Shown here one piece after another: positions 30,160-40,088 of a stretch of 64,000 nucleotides of DNA. The notes beneath the pieces are model-generated. The model ran no database searches, was not told where the DNA came from, and saw only the letters and a program-made list of their open reading frames with translations. How positions within the stretch are numbered: position 1 is the stretch's first letter; the number at the start of each line of letters is the position of its first letter. The stretch lies in NCBI GenBank assembly GCA_022340245.1, contig JAJDOI010000022.1, forward strand, positions 2,394-66,393. Direction: 5' to 3'. The stretch comes from Thiogranum sp. Its GTDB lineage: Bacteria > Pseudomonadota > Gammaproteobacteria > DSM-19610. Made by a program: the position numbers and the translations under genes.

Positions 30160-30594
30160 ATGCAAAGGTGTGACATAAAAAAGCTGCCGTACTCCTGTGA
30201 ACAGGTGTTCGACCTGGTGGCCGATATCGAAAGCTACCCGGACTTCCTGCCCGGCTGGTCGTCGGTGCGTATATTGCACTCAGGTGTAGCACATATGCTG
30301 GTCGAGCAACAGCTCCACCTGGGTCCGCTGGACCTGCGTTTTCAGTCCACGGCCGAACTCGAACGGAGTCGTCGCATCCTCATCAGGACCAGCGATCCGC
30401 CATTTCACAATTTGACCATCGACTGGCGTTTCGCACCGCAGCCGGGCGGTCACTGCGAGGTCAGGGTTGAAACAACGCTGGCGCTGAAACCGGGCATCCT
30501 GAGTAAGCCGCTGGAGCACCTGCTGGCCGGTGGCAGTGGCCAGCTGCTGCCGCTGTTCGAGGCGCGCGCCCGTTCGCTGTATTCCGGGAGCTGA
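30160..30594 (+). CDS. ratA: SRPBCC/START-fold protein of the RatA (PasT) / Coq10 quinone-binding family
   Basis: 144 aa: LPYSCEQVFDLVADIESYPDFLPGW... closely parallels E. coli RatA (VPYSAEQMYQLVNDVQSYPQFLPGC). PFHNLTIDWRFAP parallels PFKKLIGGWKFTP. Confidence 0.85.
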   Translation: MQRCDIKKLPYSCEQVFDLVADIESYPDFLPGWSSVRILHSGVAHMLVEQQLHLGPLDLRFQSTAELERSRRILIRTSDPPFHNLTIDWRFAPQPGGHCEVRVETTLALKPGILSKPLEHLLAGGSGQLLPLFEARARSLYSGS

Positions 30595-30614
30595 GGCTGG
30601 CAAACTAGCACCCC

Positions 30615-31349
30615 ATGCCCGACCTGTCCCGCACCTTTGGCAAACAGCGCGTCGCCCCCGACGACCGGACCCGCCTGATACGCAGCGTCTTCAGCCGGGT
30701 GGCACCGCGCTATGACCTGATGAATGATCTGATGAGCATGGGCGTGCACCGTTACTGGAAACGGGTGATGCGCCGGCTCGCCGGACAGCAAGCGGCAGTC
30801 GATGTGCTCGACCTGGCCGGCGGCACTGGAGATATCGCCCTGGCACTGGCTGCACCCGGGCGCTGTGTCACTGTCTGCGACCCCAGCCTCGAGATGATGC
30901 AAACGGGCCGTGCCCGCGGCACTTCCTCAGTAATCTGGCTGGCCGGTAGCGGCGAGGCTCTGCCCCTGACGGATGCATGCATGGATCTGGTCACTGTCGC
31001 TTTCGGTATCCGCAATGTCACCCGACTCGAACAGACACTGGGCGAAATCCGACGTGTGCTGCGTCCGGGTGGTCGCCTTGTGTGTCTCGAATTCTCCCGG
31101 CCGGCAGCCTGGCTGCGCCCGTTCTATAACGCCTATTCGCGACTGGTCATCCCACGCCTGGGCGCCTGGGTATCGGGCAATCCGGACGCCTACCACTACC
31201 TGATCGACTCGATCCGCGTGTTTCCCGACCAGCAACAACTGGCGCGTCTGTTCGAACAGACCGGCTTCGAGCAGGTCGGCTTCCGCAACCTGTCATTCGG
31301 CATCGCCTGCCTGCACAGCGGTACCCGACCCGCTCAAGATGCCATCTGA
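30615..31349 (+). CDS. ubiE: Demethylmenaquinone / ubiquinone C-methyltransferase UbiE/MenG
   Basis: 244 aa: VFSRVAPRYDLMNDLMSMGVHRYWKR, SAM motif LDLAGGTGD, FGIRNV and LRPGGRLVCLEFS. Confidence 0.92.
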   Translation: MPDLSRTFGKQRVAPDDRTRLIRSVFSRVAPRYDLMNDLMSMGVHRYWKRVMRRLAGQQAAVDVLDLAGGTGDIALALAAPGRCVTVCDPSLEMMQTGRARGTSSVIWLAGSGEALPLTDACMDLVTVAFGIRNVTRLEQTLGEIRRVLRPGGRLVCLEFSRPAAWLRPFYNAYSRLVIPRLGAWVSGNPDAYHYLIDSIRVFPDQQQLARLFEQTGFEQVGFRNLSFGIACLHSGTRPAQDAI

Positions 31350-32781
31350 ACAGCCCTTGTTTGGCTGGTTTGAGCGCGCACGCCAGCACAACCCGCCGCG
31401 CCTGGCTCTGGTCACCGCCGATAGCAGCCTGGATTACTCTACCCTCTACCATCAGACGCAGGCTTTGGCGGCCTGCCTGCTGCGGGCCGGGCTGACGCCG
31501 GGCGAGCCACTTGCCGCCGTCTGCATGCATAAACAGTCGTTGGCCCGTACGGCGCTGCTGGCTATATACCTGGGTTGTCCGCTGCTGCCGCTGAAACCGG
31601 GGAGGACCGCCATTGAACCCTTGCTGGAGGCCTGCGGAATCACTCAAGCAGTCTCTGACATTGCGTGTGCCTATGCCCGCTGTCACTGCTTTTCCCTGCA
31701 CCCCGGTGATACCGGCCGGATACCGGCAGACTGCCCTCCCACACCTCTGAGCGGCGATCGGACCCAGCTGTTGATCGCCACCAGCGGCAGCAGCGGCTGC
31801 GCTCGCATCACCCGCCACAGCGGCGACAGTCTGCACGCTTCAGTAGTCACTTCGCAGGCCTATACCGGACTCACTGACCATGATCTGTGGCTGAACTGTC
31901 TGCCCATGCATCACATCGGTGGATTCGCCATCCTGCTGCGTTGCCTGCACGCAGGTGCCGCCATGCTGATTGAGGAAGACTTCGACGCCACACATATCTT
32001 TGCACAGCTGCAGCAACAGGCCGTGACGCATCTGTCACTGGTGCCCGCCATGCTGGCGAAACTGCTGGACGCACAGGCCGGGGCAAGTCTGCCTGCGGCG
32101 CTGCGCTGCGTACTCGTCGGTGGTGGCCCGCTGTCGGCCGCGCTGGCACACAGGGCGCTGGCGCAGGGCTGGCCGATCAGCATCACCTGGGGCATGAGCG
32201 AAACGGCATCGCACGTCGCACTATGCCGCGTAGAGGCTGACTGGACACCTGGCCTGGTCGGCAAACCGGTGGCCGGTTGCACGCTGGCAATCGTCGACGA
32301 TCAGGGACAGCCGGTGTCCGGTCCGGGGCGCATTCGTATAGCAGGACCGATGCTGATGCAGGGATACTGCTGCACGAACGCTGACACCGGCATGGATGAC
32401 GGACGCTTCACCAGTACGGATATCGGTTACCTGGATGCGCAAGGCTACCTGCACCTGAGCGGCCGCGCCGATACACGCCTCAACAGCGGCGGCTACAAGA
32501 TTGACCCGGAAGCCGTCGAGAGCCTGTTGCAGCAGTGCCCGGGCATCGAACAGGTGGCCCTCACGGCCATCGAGGACGACACCTGGGGCGATCTGCTGCT
32601 GGCCCTGTTCACGGGATCTGCCACGCAACAGGCGGTAGCGCAATGGTGTCGCATCCATCTGGACAGCCGCTCCCGGCCGCGTCGCATATTCAGGGTCGAC
32701 GGCTTACCCGTGACGAGCCTCGGCAAACCCGACCGGCAGGCGCTGGCTCGCATGGCGGCACGCTTGAGCGCATCGGGCTGA
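31339..32781 (+). CDS. menE: o-Succinylbenzoate-CoA ligase (AMP-binding superfamily)
   Basis: 480 aa with an adenylate-forming enzyme layout (ATSGSSG, WGMSET, TSTDIGYLDAQGYLHLSGRAD, GGYKIDPEAVE, GKPDR). It overlaps ubiE by 11 nt inside the men cluster, and the MenE assignment rests largely on this context. Confidence 0.78.
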   Translation: MPSEQPLFGWFERARQHNPPRLALVTADSSLDYSTLYHQTQALAACLLRAGLTPGEPLAAVCMHKQSLARTALLAIYLGCPLLPLKPGRTAIEPLLEACGITQAVSDIACAYARCHCFSLHPGDTGRIPADCPPTPLSGDRTQLLIATSGSSGCARITRHSGDSLHASVVTSQAYTGLTDHDLWLNCLPMHHIGGFAILLRCLHAGAAMLIEEDFDATHIFAQLQQQAVTHLSLVPAMLAKLLDAQAGASLPAALRCVLVGGGPLSAALAHRALAQGWPISITWGMSETASHVALCRVEADWTPGLVGKPVAGCTLAIVDDQGQPVSGPGRIRIAGPMLMQGYCCTNADTGMDDGRFTSTDIGYLDAQGYLHLSGRADTRLNSGGYKIDPEAVESLLQQCPGIEQVALTAIEDDTWGDLLLALFTGSATQQAVAQWCRIHLDSRSRPRRIFRVDGLPVTSLGKPDRQALARMAARLSASG

Positions 32782-32804
32782 CCAGGCTACGCCCTGGCGA
32801 CCAT

Positions 32805-33890
32805 TCAGAAATTTTCCGGGGGTGGCGGCAGACCGGGCCCGGCCTGCTGACTGATTTGCAGCATCCCCCGCAGCGGACACAGTGCAGGGTCCGGCTTGTC
32901 CAGCCAGGCGGCCGTGCCGAGACCATGTGTCAGCTGATTATCGAGTGCCGCGGCCGCGTGCAATGCCGCCCACAGCCCGACCGAGGTTTCCAGCGTCGAT
33001 GTGACAACGCTATCGATGCCTGCCTGCCGGGCACGGCGTGCACGCGCCAGCACCGGCAAAATGCCGCCCGCCGTCATAGGTTTCATGACCAGCCGTTTTA
33101 CCGGTAACGCTTCCGGCGGCATATCGGCAAACATGTCAACGAGCGATTCGTCCAGGGCCAAAGGGAAAAGCGCCTGCTGCTGCAGCGCTTGCAAGCTTGC
33201 CAGATCCGGCGACTGCAGCGGTTCTTCCAGGGAGTCAACCGGCAACGCGCCGCAGGCTTGTATGGCCTGCGCGGCCTGTGCCGCCGACCAGGCCCGGTTG
33301 GCGTCCAGGCGCAGACGGATGCCGTCCGGCAGCTGCAGCCGCTTGAGGCGGCCGAGCTCCTCCTCCAGCGGATAGAGCCCCAGCTTGATTTTCACCACCC
33401 GATAACCCTGCATCAGCGCCTGCCGCAGGCGCAGCTCGAAACCTTCGTCCAGGCCGCCACAGGCGGCGTTGACAGCCACACAACCGGACACACCCGGTGC
33501 CAGCCAGCGATACAGCGGCTTGGCTTCTATACGTGCACAGATATCCAGCAACGCAGTTTCCACGGCGCAACGTACCGCCGGTGTTGTTACCAAACCGTCC
33601 AGGCGTTCGACCATGCCCGCTACCGCCTGCCCCTGACTGTCTTTCAGCACCGTCTGCAACGCCGCCGCCGCCTCTGCCAGTGTTTCGGTACCGGCTTCCG
33701 CAAGCGGCGCACACTCACCGTAACCGCAAATACCTTCCGTTGTTTCCAGCTTGAGCAGATAACCGCAGCGCTCTTTGTGACGACTCTGCGCCGACTCCCA
33801 GGCACTGTGAAAGGTCTCCCGATAGGGTTGATACCTGACCTGCGCCAGCACCAATCCGGAATCCGTGACCGTGGACAATTCAGTGCGCAA
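32805..33890 (-). CDS. menC: o-Succinylbenzoate synthase (enolase superfamily)
   Basis: 361 aa with a KxK motif (VVKIKLG) and metal ligands in LRLDANRAW / LEEPL / LDES. It overlaps the menA end by 11 nt. Confidence 0.8.
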   Translation of the reverse strand: MRTELSTVTDSGLVLAQVRYQPYRETFHSAWESAQSRHKERCGYLLKLETTEGICGYGECAPLAEAGTETLAEAAAALQTVLKDSQGQAVAGMVERLDGLVTTPAVRCAVETALLDICARIEAKPLYRWLAPGVSGCVAVNAACGGLDEGFELRLRQALMQGYRVVKIKLGLYPLEEELGRLKRLQLPDGIRLRLDANRAWSAAQAAQAIQACGALPVDSLEEPLQSPDLASLQALQQQALFPLALDESLVDMFADMPPEALPVKRLVMKPMTAGGILPVLARARRARQAGIDSVVTSTLETSVGLWAALHAAAALDNQLTHGLGTAAWLDKPDPALCPLRGMLQISQQAGPGLPPPPENF

Positions 33891-34791
33891 CGGCCAGGCT
33901 CCGGCCGGCGACCAGGGCCAGGCTCAACAGCAATCCCAGTATCAGCTGGAACAGACCCGTCTCCGCCAGCAGGGGGTTGAATGCCTGCGCTTTGCTGATG
34001 TGTGCAAAACGGTGTAGCAGCCTTGCCGCCCAGACCACCAGCAGCCACGGCAGATAGTACACAGGCGTGGCGACCGTCAGATGCTGGACCAGCGGCAGGA
34101 TAGCAAACGGTCCCAGCACACCGAGCGCATAAAGGTAAACACTGGCGCGTGGACCATAGTGCACGGCCAGTGTCTTGCGGCCGGCACGTGCATCACTGGC
34201 GCGGTCGCGGTGGTTGTTGACCACCAGCACCGCACCGGCCGGCAAACCCAGCAACAGACCACACAGGACGGCCACCGGTGTAAACTGTGCCGCCTGCAGA
34301 TAGGCGCTGCCGCTAACGGCCACGATGCCGAAGAAAAGCAACACAAAGACCTCGCCAAAACCGCTGCGCGCGATCGGCCAGGGACCACCGGAGTAACAAT
34401 AACCGGCAGCGATCGACAACAGGCCCAGCACCAGGATCGGCCAGCCGCCGACACCGATCAGGTAGAGGCCGATGACAAACGCCAACATGAAACTGCCCAG
34501 CGCGGCACGCTCAACCTGTCCGGCGGACAACCAGCCCTGCGCCACCGCTCGCGGCGGTCCCACACGAGTCGCGGGGTCATCGGTGCCGTTCACGTGGTCG
34601 GCGGCGTCGTTGTGCAGATTGGTGCCGATCTGGATCAGCATGGCGGCCAACAGCGCCGCCAGCATCACCGATATCGACAGCTGGCCGCTCTGCAACCAGC
34701 CCAGCGTGCTGCCCACAATCACGGGAATCACCGAGATACTCAGTGTTTTCGGGCGCAGCGCCAGCAGCCACACGCTTAGCTTGGCAGGCAT
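33880..34791 (-). CDS. menA: 1,4-dihydroxy-2-naphthoate polyprenyltransferase
   Basis: 303 aa polytopic UbiA-family protein: WLLALRPKTL and the Asp-rich motif NLHNDAADHVNGTD. Confidence 0.9.
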   Translation of the reverse strand: MPAKLSVWLLALRPKTLSISVIPVIVGSTLGWLQSGQLSISVMLAALLAAMLIQIGTNLHNDAADHVNGTDDPATRVGPPRAVAQGWLSAGQVERAALGSFMLAFVIGLYLIGVGGWPILVLGLLSIAAGYCYSGGPWPIARSGFGEVFVLLFFGIVAVSGSAYLQAAQFTPVAVLCGLLLGLPAGAVLVVNNHRDRASDARAGRKTLAVHYGPRASVYLYALGVLGPFAILPLVQHLTVATPVYYLPWLLVVWAARLLHRFAHISKAQAFNPLLAETGLFQLILGLLLSLALVAGRSLAVAH

Positions 34792-34800
34792 AGTGTGGTG

Positions 34801-35622
34801 TCAGGGACGCCGCGGAAAGCGTGAATAATCAACCGGGCGTTTTTCCAGAAATGCGTCCCGCCCTTCGCGTGCCTCCTCTGTCATGTAGAAGAAAGCCGTG
34901 GCATTGCCGGCCAGCTCCTGCAGGCCCGCCAGTCCATCGGTATCGGCATTGAAGGCGGCTTTCATGGCCCGCAGCGCGCTCGGACTCATGCGCAACATTT
35001 CGCGACACCAGGCGACGGTCTCCGTTTCCAGATCGCCCAGCGGCACCACATGGTTCACAAGCCCCATCTGCAGCGCCTGACGGGCATCGTACTGACGGCA
35101 CAGGAACCACATCTCCTTGGCCTTTTTCGTGCCGACCGTGCGCGCCAGCAGGCCGGCCCCGAGGCCGGCGTCGAAACTGCCCACGCGCGGCCCGGCCTGA
35201 CCGAAACGCGCGTTGTCGGCGGCGATGGTCATGTCGCACACCAGGTGAAGGATCTGGCCGCCACCAATACAATAGCCGGCAACCATGGCGACCACCGGTT
35301 TCGGCAGGCGCCGTATCTGCATCTGCAGATCGAGCACATTGAGGTGTTGTATCCCGCCGCGATCCCGATACCCGCCCTGCTCGCCACGCACCCGCTGGTC
35401 ACCGCCTGAACAGAAGGCCTCATCGCCGGCACCGGTCAGGATGACCGTACCAATATCAGGGTCAAGATGCGCGTGACTGAAGGCGCGCATGAGTTCGGTC
35501 ACCGTTTCCGGGCGGAAGGCATTGTGCACTTCCGGACGGTTGATGGTGATTTTCGCGATACCGTCCACGCGCTGGTAGAGGATGTCCTGGAAGGACTGCT
35601 CGGGGACATTGGTCCACTGCAT
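34801..35622 (-). CDS. menB: 1,4-dihydroxy-2-naphthoyl-CoA synthase
   Basis: The ATG at 35620-35622 gives 273 aa: [43 protein letters not shown], and C-terminal [12 protein letters not shown]. Confidence 0.95.
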   Translation of the reverse strand: MQWTNVPEQSFQDILYQRVDGIAKITINRPEVHNAFRPETVTELMRAFSHAHLDPDIGTVILTGAGDEAFCSGGDQRVRGEQGGYRDRGGIQHLNVLDLQMQIRRLPKPVVAMVAGYCIGGGQILHLVCDMTIAADNARFGQAGPRVGSFDAGLGAGLLARTVGTKKAKEMWFLCRQYDARQALQMGLVNHVVPLGDLETETVAWCREMLRMSPSALRAMKAAFNADTDGLAGLQELAGNATAFFYMTEEAREGRDAFLEKRPVDYSRFPRRP

Positions 35623-35755
35623 ACCCGGTTCTCCGATTGGCTGAGCGCTCCCATTGTACGCAGTGGTCCGCCGCCGGCAAAGCGGCGCCGTTGTCGGCAC
35701 CCTGGCTGCGTGTTAGGCTCGTTCACACGCATGACTCCTCCCGATGCAGTAGCAG

Positions 35756-37195
35756 ATGCCGATTGATACCTTGTTGCGCGAGCTCAACCGGCGCCTGCAC
35801 GCGCTGCTGGCTGATCCACCGCTGACCAGGACCGGGGGTATCCTAACCCTGTGCCTCGCGATACCCCCTCAGACACGCATTCCCGCCATCGGCAACTGCA
35901 GTGACTGTCTCTACTGGAGCCGGCCTTCCCTGCAGCACCAGCGCGTGGGCGCCGGGCGCATCACACTGGTGGAGACCGCCGGTGCGAAGCGCTTCGAACA
36001 GCTCGAACAGTCGCTGCAGGAAGACTGGCGCATGCTTGATCCCGACTGCACCGGGGTCAGCGACCTGGTATTTTGCGGCTTTGCGTTCGATGGCGACGAC
36101 ACCCATGCTGGCGCATCCGCGGGATTCGCCAACAGCCTGCTGTTCATCCCCGAGGTGCTGGTGGAACAGCGGGCCGAACACAGCCGCCTGGTGGTGTCCT
36201 GTCGCACCGGCAATCATTGCGATGTGGGGACGATTATCGACAACTGGCTGTACCGCCTGCGACGTCTGCTGTCACCAGCGGATGCTGAACGCCCCGCCGC
36301 CCGCGACCCGCGACGTCTGTGGCCGATCAGCGTGCCGGATGACCGCCATCGCTGGATCGAACGTGTCGAGGAGGCCCTGCTGGCTATCGACAACGGGCAG
36401 CTGCGCAAGGTAGTCCTGAGCCGCCACCGGCGTGTCGAGCTGCCAGATCATTTCCGCCTGCGCGACACCCTGGCCTGGCTGGCGCCCCGCTACCCCGATT
36501 GCACACTGTTTGCTCTGCGTCACGCCGGACAGACCCTGCTCGGTGTGTCCCCGGAAAATCTGCTGACCCTGGACCGGCAGCGGCTGCATGTCGACGCTGT
36601 GGGCGGCACTACCGAGCGCAGCGCCGACCCCGTGCGCGACAGGCAACTGGCCGCAACCCTGAGGCACTCGCACAAGACTCTGTCCGAGCATCGACTGGTG
36701 GTCGAGGATATTGTCCGGCAGCTGCGTCCTTACTGCCGCGGCCTGGTGTACCCGCAGCAACCGGACATTCTGAAACTGCCGGCGGTACAACACCTGCACA
36801 GCCGGATCAGTGGCCAGGCGCGTGTCGGCACCTCCGTGTTGCAACTGGCCGCCCGCTTGCACCCCACGGCGGCCACCGGTGGTCTGCCGCGCCCGGCCGC
36901 CCTCGACTGGCTGCGCTGTCATGGCGAACCGCAGCGCGGTTGGTATACCGGTGCGCTTGGCTGGCTGAACACCGCGGGTGACGGGGAGCTCGCAGTTATT
37001 CTGCGCTGTGCCGTGCTCGGCCAGCGCCAGGCAACGCTGTATGCCGGTGCCGGCATAGTCGCCGGTTCCGACCCGCAACAGGAATTCCTCGAAACCGAGT
37101 GGAAACTGCAAACCATGCTCGCCGCGCTGCGCGCCGGCGGTGATGGCGCGCCACAGTTACCAGCGCAACGACACGACACCGGCCAGGCACCATGA
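35756..37195 (+). CDS. menF: Isochorismate synthase
   Basis: 479 aa chorismate-binding enzyme: KVVLSR, GVSPE, GGTTERSADP, LHPTAATGGLP, RGWYTGALGWL, AGAGIVAGSDPQQEFLETEWK. Confidence 0.85.
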   Translation: MPIDTLLRELNRRLHALLADPPLTRTGGILTLCLAIPPQTRIPAIGNCSDCLYWSRPSLQHQRVGAGRITLVETAGAKRFEQLEQSLQEDWRMLDPDCTGVSDLVFCGFAFDGDDTHAGASAGFANSLLFIPEVLVEQRAEHSRLVVSCRTGNHCDVGTIIDNWLYRLRRLLSPADAERPAARDPRRLWPISVPDDRHRWIERVEEALLAIDNGQLRKVVLSRHRRVELPDHFRLRDTLAWLAPRYPDCTLFALRHAGQTLLGVSPENLLTLDRQRLHVDAVGGTTERSADPVRDRQLAATLRHSHKTLSEHRLVVEDIVRQLRPYCRGLVYPQQPDILKLPAVQHLHSRISGQARVGTSVLQLAARLHPTAATGGLPRPAALDWLRCHGEPQRGWYTGALGWLNTAGDGELAVILRCAVLGQRQATLYAGAGIVAGSDPQQEFLETEWKLQTMLAALRAGGDGAPQLPAQRHDTGQAP

Positions 37196-38904
37196 AGCCG
37201 GGCGATAGCAACCTGCGCTGCTCGCAGCAGTTAGTGGGGGCCCTGGTCGACGCGGGAGTGCGTCACCTGGTGATCTCGCCCGGCTCACGTTCCACACCAC
37301 TGGTACTCGCCGCCCTGCAGGTTGAAGCCCTGCAACTGCACGTGGTGCCCGACGAACGCAGTGCCGCCTTTTTCGCGCTCGGCCTGAGCAAGGCCGGCGC
37401 CGCACCCGCCGCCGTACTGGCCACCTCCGGCAGCGCGGCGGCGCACTGGTACCCGGCCGTGATCGAAGCGGCCAGCGCACACTGGCCGCTGTTGCTGCTG
37501 AGCGCCGACCGGCCGCCTGAATCACACACCTGCGGCGCCAATCAGACGATTGACCAGACGCGCCTGTTCGGTGCCTTCACGCGCGGCTTCTTTGCGCTCG
37601 ACGTCCAGGCGGGTAACCCGGCCCTGCTGGCCAGTGTCGCGTCGATCACAGCACAGGCCGTGGATCTCAGCCGCTGGCCATTGCCGGGGCCGACGCATAT
37701 TAATGTCTCGTTCCGGGAACCTCTGCTGCCGGAATCGGGGCTCTCCGAACCACCACCAAGTGCGGCTGCGGTAATGGTCGACTATCCGCAACGCACCCCG
37801 GCAGCCGCACAGGTGCAGCAGCTGGCAGAGCAGCTGTCAGGCAGACCGGGCATCCTGATTGCGGGTGCCAGCGCCTTTACCTGCGGCGCAGCGCGTGCAC
37901 TGCACAGGCTCGCCGTAAAGCTGGATTGCCCACTGCTCGCCGACCCTCTCTCCGGGCTGCGCTTCGATGCCAGCGACACGACGCAGCTTGTCTGTCGTTA
38001 CGATACTTTCCTGCGCGATCCCGACTTCGCCAACAACCATGCGCCTGACTGGGTCCTGCAATTTGGCGCCCCGCCCGTTTCGAAGGCCCTGCATGACTAT
38101 CTCGACCGCCATGCCGCCAGCAGCTGTCAGATTCGGGTGCATGCCGGCGGCGACTGGCCGGACCCAGCACGCAACGGCCGGCAGATCATCCACGCCGATG
38201 CGCAGCCGCTGCTCGAAGCGTTGCACAATTGCCCGCTGCAACCGGCTATGCTCAGCGACTGGTTCGCCGCCTTCAGGCAGGCGGAACAGTGTGTCGATGC
38301 GCTGCACGAGCAACCGGCATCACTGCCACTGGAAGCCCGCATTCTCAACCAGCTGGTGCAGCAGCTACCGGCCGACAGCCATATATTTGCCGGCAACTCC
38401 ACCGTTATCCGCGACTGTGACAGTTTTCTCGGTCTGCAACTCAAACCACTGTTGCTGACCGCCAACCGGGGCGCCAGCGGCATCGACGGCAATGTCTCCA
38501 CCTTGCTCGGCATGGCTGCGACCGACGATCGCAGCGTTGTCGGGTTACTGGGCGACCTGGCGCTCTACCACGACATGAACGGCCTGCTGGCCGCGCGCGA
38601 CGTAAAAGCCATACTGGTGGTTTTCAGCAACGGCGGAGGCGCCATCTTCAGCTACCTGCCGCAGGCACAACTGCCGCAATTCGAGCAGTACTGGTTGACG
38701 GACACCGGGCTGGACATGGCCACCGTGGCACAGCTGTATCAGCTGGCGTTCCGGCGGATTGAGAACGTCGACGACTTTCAACAGGCTTTCAGCGATGCAC
38801 TGGCAGCGACGTGCAGCAGCCTGATCGAAATTGTTATAAACCGTGAAGACAGCGTGGCCCGGCATCGCGCATTCTGGTCACAATTTGAACGTCAGCTGTC
38901 CTGA
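37192..38904 (+). CDS. menD: SEPHCHC synthase (2-succinyl-5-enolpyruvyl-6-hydroxy-3-cyclohexene-1-carboxylate synthase)
   Basis: 570 aa ThDP enzyme: GVRHLVISPGSRSTPL, TSGSAAAHWYPAVIEA and the ThDP motif GDLALYHDMNGL...NGGGAIFS. There is a 4-nt overlap with menF. Confidence 0.9.
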   Translation: MKPGDSNLRCSQQLVGALVDAGVRHLVISPGSRSTPLVLAALQVEALQLHVVPDERSAAFFALGLSKAGAAPAAVLATSGSAAAHWYPAVIEAASAHWPLLLLSADRPPESHTCGANQTIDQTRLFGAFTRGFFALDVQAGNPALLASVASITAQAVDLSRWPLPGPTHINVSFREPLLPESGLSEPPPSAAAVMVDYPQRTPAAAQVQQLAEQLSGRPGILIAGASAFTCGAARALHRLAVKLDCPLLADPLSGLRFDASDTTQLVCRYDTFLRDPDFANNHAPDWVLQFGAPPVSKALHDYLDRHAASSCQIRVHAGGDWPDPARNGRQIIHADAQPLLEALHNCPLQPAMLSDWFAAFRQAEQCVDALHEQPASLPLEARILNQLVQQLPADSHIFAGNSTVIRDCDSFLGLQLKPLLLTANRGASGIDGNVSTLLGMAATDDRSVVGLLGDLALYHDMNGLLAARDVKAILVVFSNGGGAIFSYLPQAQLPQFEQYWLTDTGLDMATVAQLYQLAFRRIENVDDFQQAFSDALAATCSSLIEIVINREDSVARHRAFWSQFERQLS

Positions 38905-39323
38905 AGCCGCTGCGCGGCTGCCATACAGACCATCAGTCTTTCACGCAATGTCGCAGGAACAGCGACTGCTTGCCGGCTGGCCGGGTCAATACACACATGC
39001 ACGCTGCGCACCTTAGCCGCCGTACGTCCCTGAGCGTCTGTAAACTCGCAGTCGATGCTAAAAGACGTAGCCCCCACCCTGGCCGGCGTCACCGTCACGT
39101 CGACGCTATCACCGTGGCGCAGCGGCAGCAGGTAATCGGACTCGACATGCACCACGGGTATATGCACGTCTCCGGCGGCAAATATCCCGGGGAGATCCTG
39201 CTCCTGCCGGGCCATAAACGCCTCGTAGGCATCGTGGGCATGGCGGAACAGTTCCGGGTAGAACAGTACGCCGGCCCGGTCGGTCGACGACAGCATGACT
39301 GAAAAGCGGTAGCCTGGATTCAC
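38892..39323 (-). CDS. Hotdog-fold (4HBT/YbgC-type) acyl-CoA thioesterase, candidate DHNA-CoA hydrolase
   Basis: 143 aa with an N-terminal LSSTDRAGVLFYPELF (catalytic Asp context of 4HBT-type thioesterases). It converges on and overlaps the menD end by 13 nt. The pathway role is inferred from context. Confidence 0.65.
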   Translation of the reverse strand: MNPGYRFSVMLSSTDRAGVLFYPELFRHAHDAYEAFMARQEQDLPGIFAAGDVHIPVVHVESDYLLPLRHGDSVDVTVTPARVGATSFSIDCEFTDAQGRTAAKVRSVHVCIDPASRQAVAVPATLRERLMVCMAAAQRLQDS

Positions 39324-39523
39324 ATTCCCGTTTCCCTTGACTGAGTCAGGCCTGCTAAGACGCTCACGGTCGGCTCTGTGCTGACATGAGGAGGGGCTAA
39401 AGGCCGTCTTTGAGGGCCGCGCGGTCGCTCGATACGAGGACGTTAACGGTGTACGTTGCGGCGACAGTTAGTTGTTTTTTAAACCTGCATACTTCACGAA
39501 ATACCCAGGTCAGGGACACCGAA

Positions 39524-40042
39524 TTATTTTCTTTTCAAGGTTCCCCAAACATCGGGAGCAACGGACGCAGGCAGATAGGCGTGACAGGCATTGCAAGAGT
39601 TCTTCATATTTACTATAGCCTCATTAAGCCCCTCACGATTATCTTCTTCCATGGCTGCATGGGCAGCAATAACAAGAGCTTTCAAAGCATTTCTACTGCG
39701 CCATTCAAGTTGCTCAAATTTCTCAGCGTCCATATCCGAATTGGAGGCATTTTTATTCATTAACTTGGCAGATTCTGCTGCATGCCAATCCATGGGACCG
39801 AGTAATCCGAAAGTACGTTGAATGGCAATAGCATGTCGTGCCAGATTATCCGAGTACTTTATTCTGTGTGTGTTCAGATTCTGCAAATCATCGACGTGAA
39901 TTCGCAGTATGGTAATCACTGACTCTACGTAAGATTTCTGATTAAACTCAGATTTCTGATTAAACTCGCCGGCTCGAACAACCATAATCCAAGACAGGCA
40001 GAGAGTTGTAATCACAAGCGTGATAAATGTCTTTGTTTTCAT
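39524..40042 (-). CDS. Class II c-type cytochrome (cytochrome c-prime / c-556-like four-helix bundle), secreted
   Basis: The ATG at 40040-40042 gives 172 aa. It has a signal peptide MKTKTFITLVITTLCLSWIMVVRA and a single CNACH haem motif about 20 residues from the C-terminus, after long helical segments. The gene is strikingly AT-rich (two 60-nt lines hand-counted at 40% G+C). Confidence 0.75.
   Translation of the reverse strand: MKTKTFITLVITTLCLSWIMVVRAGEFNQKSEFNQKSYVESVITILRIHVDDLQNLNTHRIKYSDNLARHAIAIQRTFGLLGPMDWHAAESAKLMNKNASNSDMDAEKFEQLEWRSRNALKALVIAAHAAMEEDNREGLNEAIVNMKNSCNACHAYLPASVAPDVWGTLKRK
39932..39967. repeat. Perfect 2 x 18-bp in-frame tandem duplication inside the cytochrome gene (EFNQKS-EFNQKS)
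   Basis: Read directly: agatttctgattaaactc occurs twice, at 39932-39949 and 39950-39967. It lies immediately after the predicted signal-peptide cleavage site. Confidence 0.95.
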
Positions 40043-40060
40043 AATGGCCTCGCCGTGCAA

Positions 40061-40088
40061 ATTTTATGAATAACGAACAGCATGTAAA
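40061..40088 (-). promoter_or_regulatory. Candidate sigma-70 promoter for the cytochrome c-prime-like gene (TTTACA-N16-TAAAAT)
   Basis: The reverse complement of 40061-40088 reads tttacatgctgttcgttattcataaaat. It is followed by ttgcacggcGAGGccattATG. Confidence 0.3.

Noticed and set aside
30160-30594. The RatA homologue as a toxin-antitoxin module.
   Set aside because: No small antitoxin-like ORF is adjacent, and the gene heads a quinone-biosynthesis operon. The family is equally well described as Coq10-like quinone-binding START proteins.
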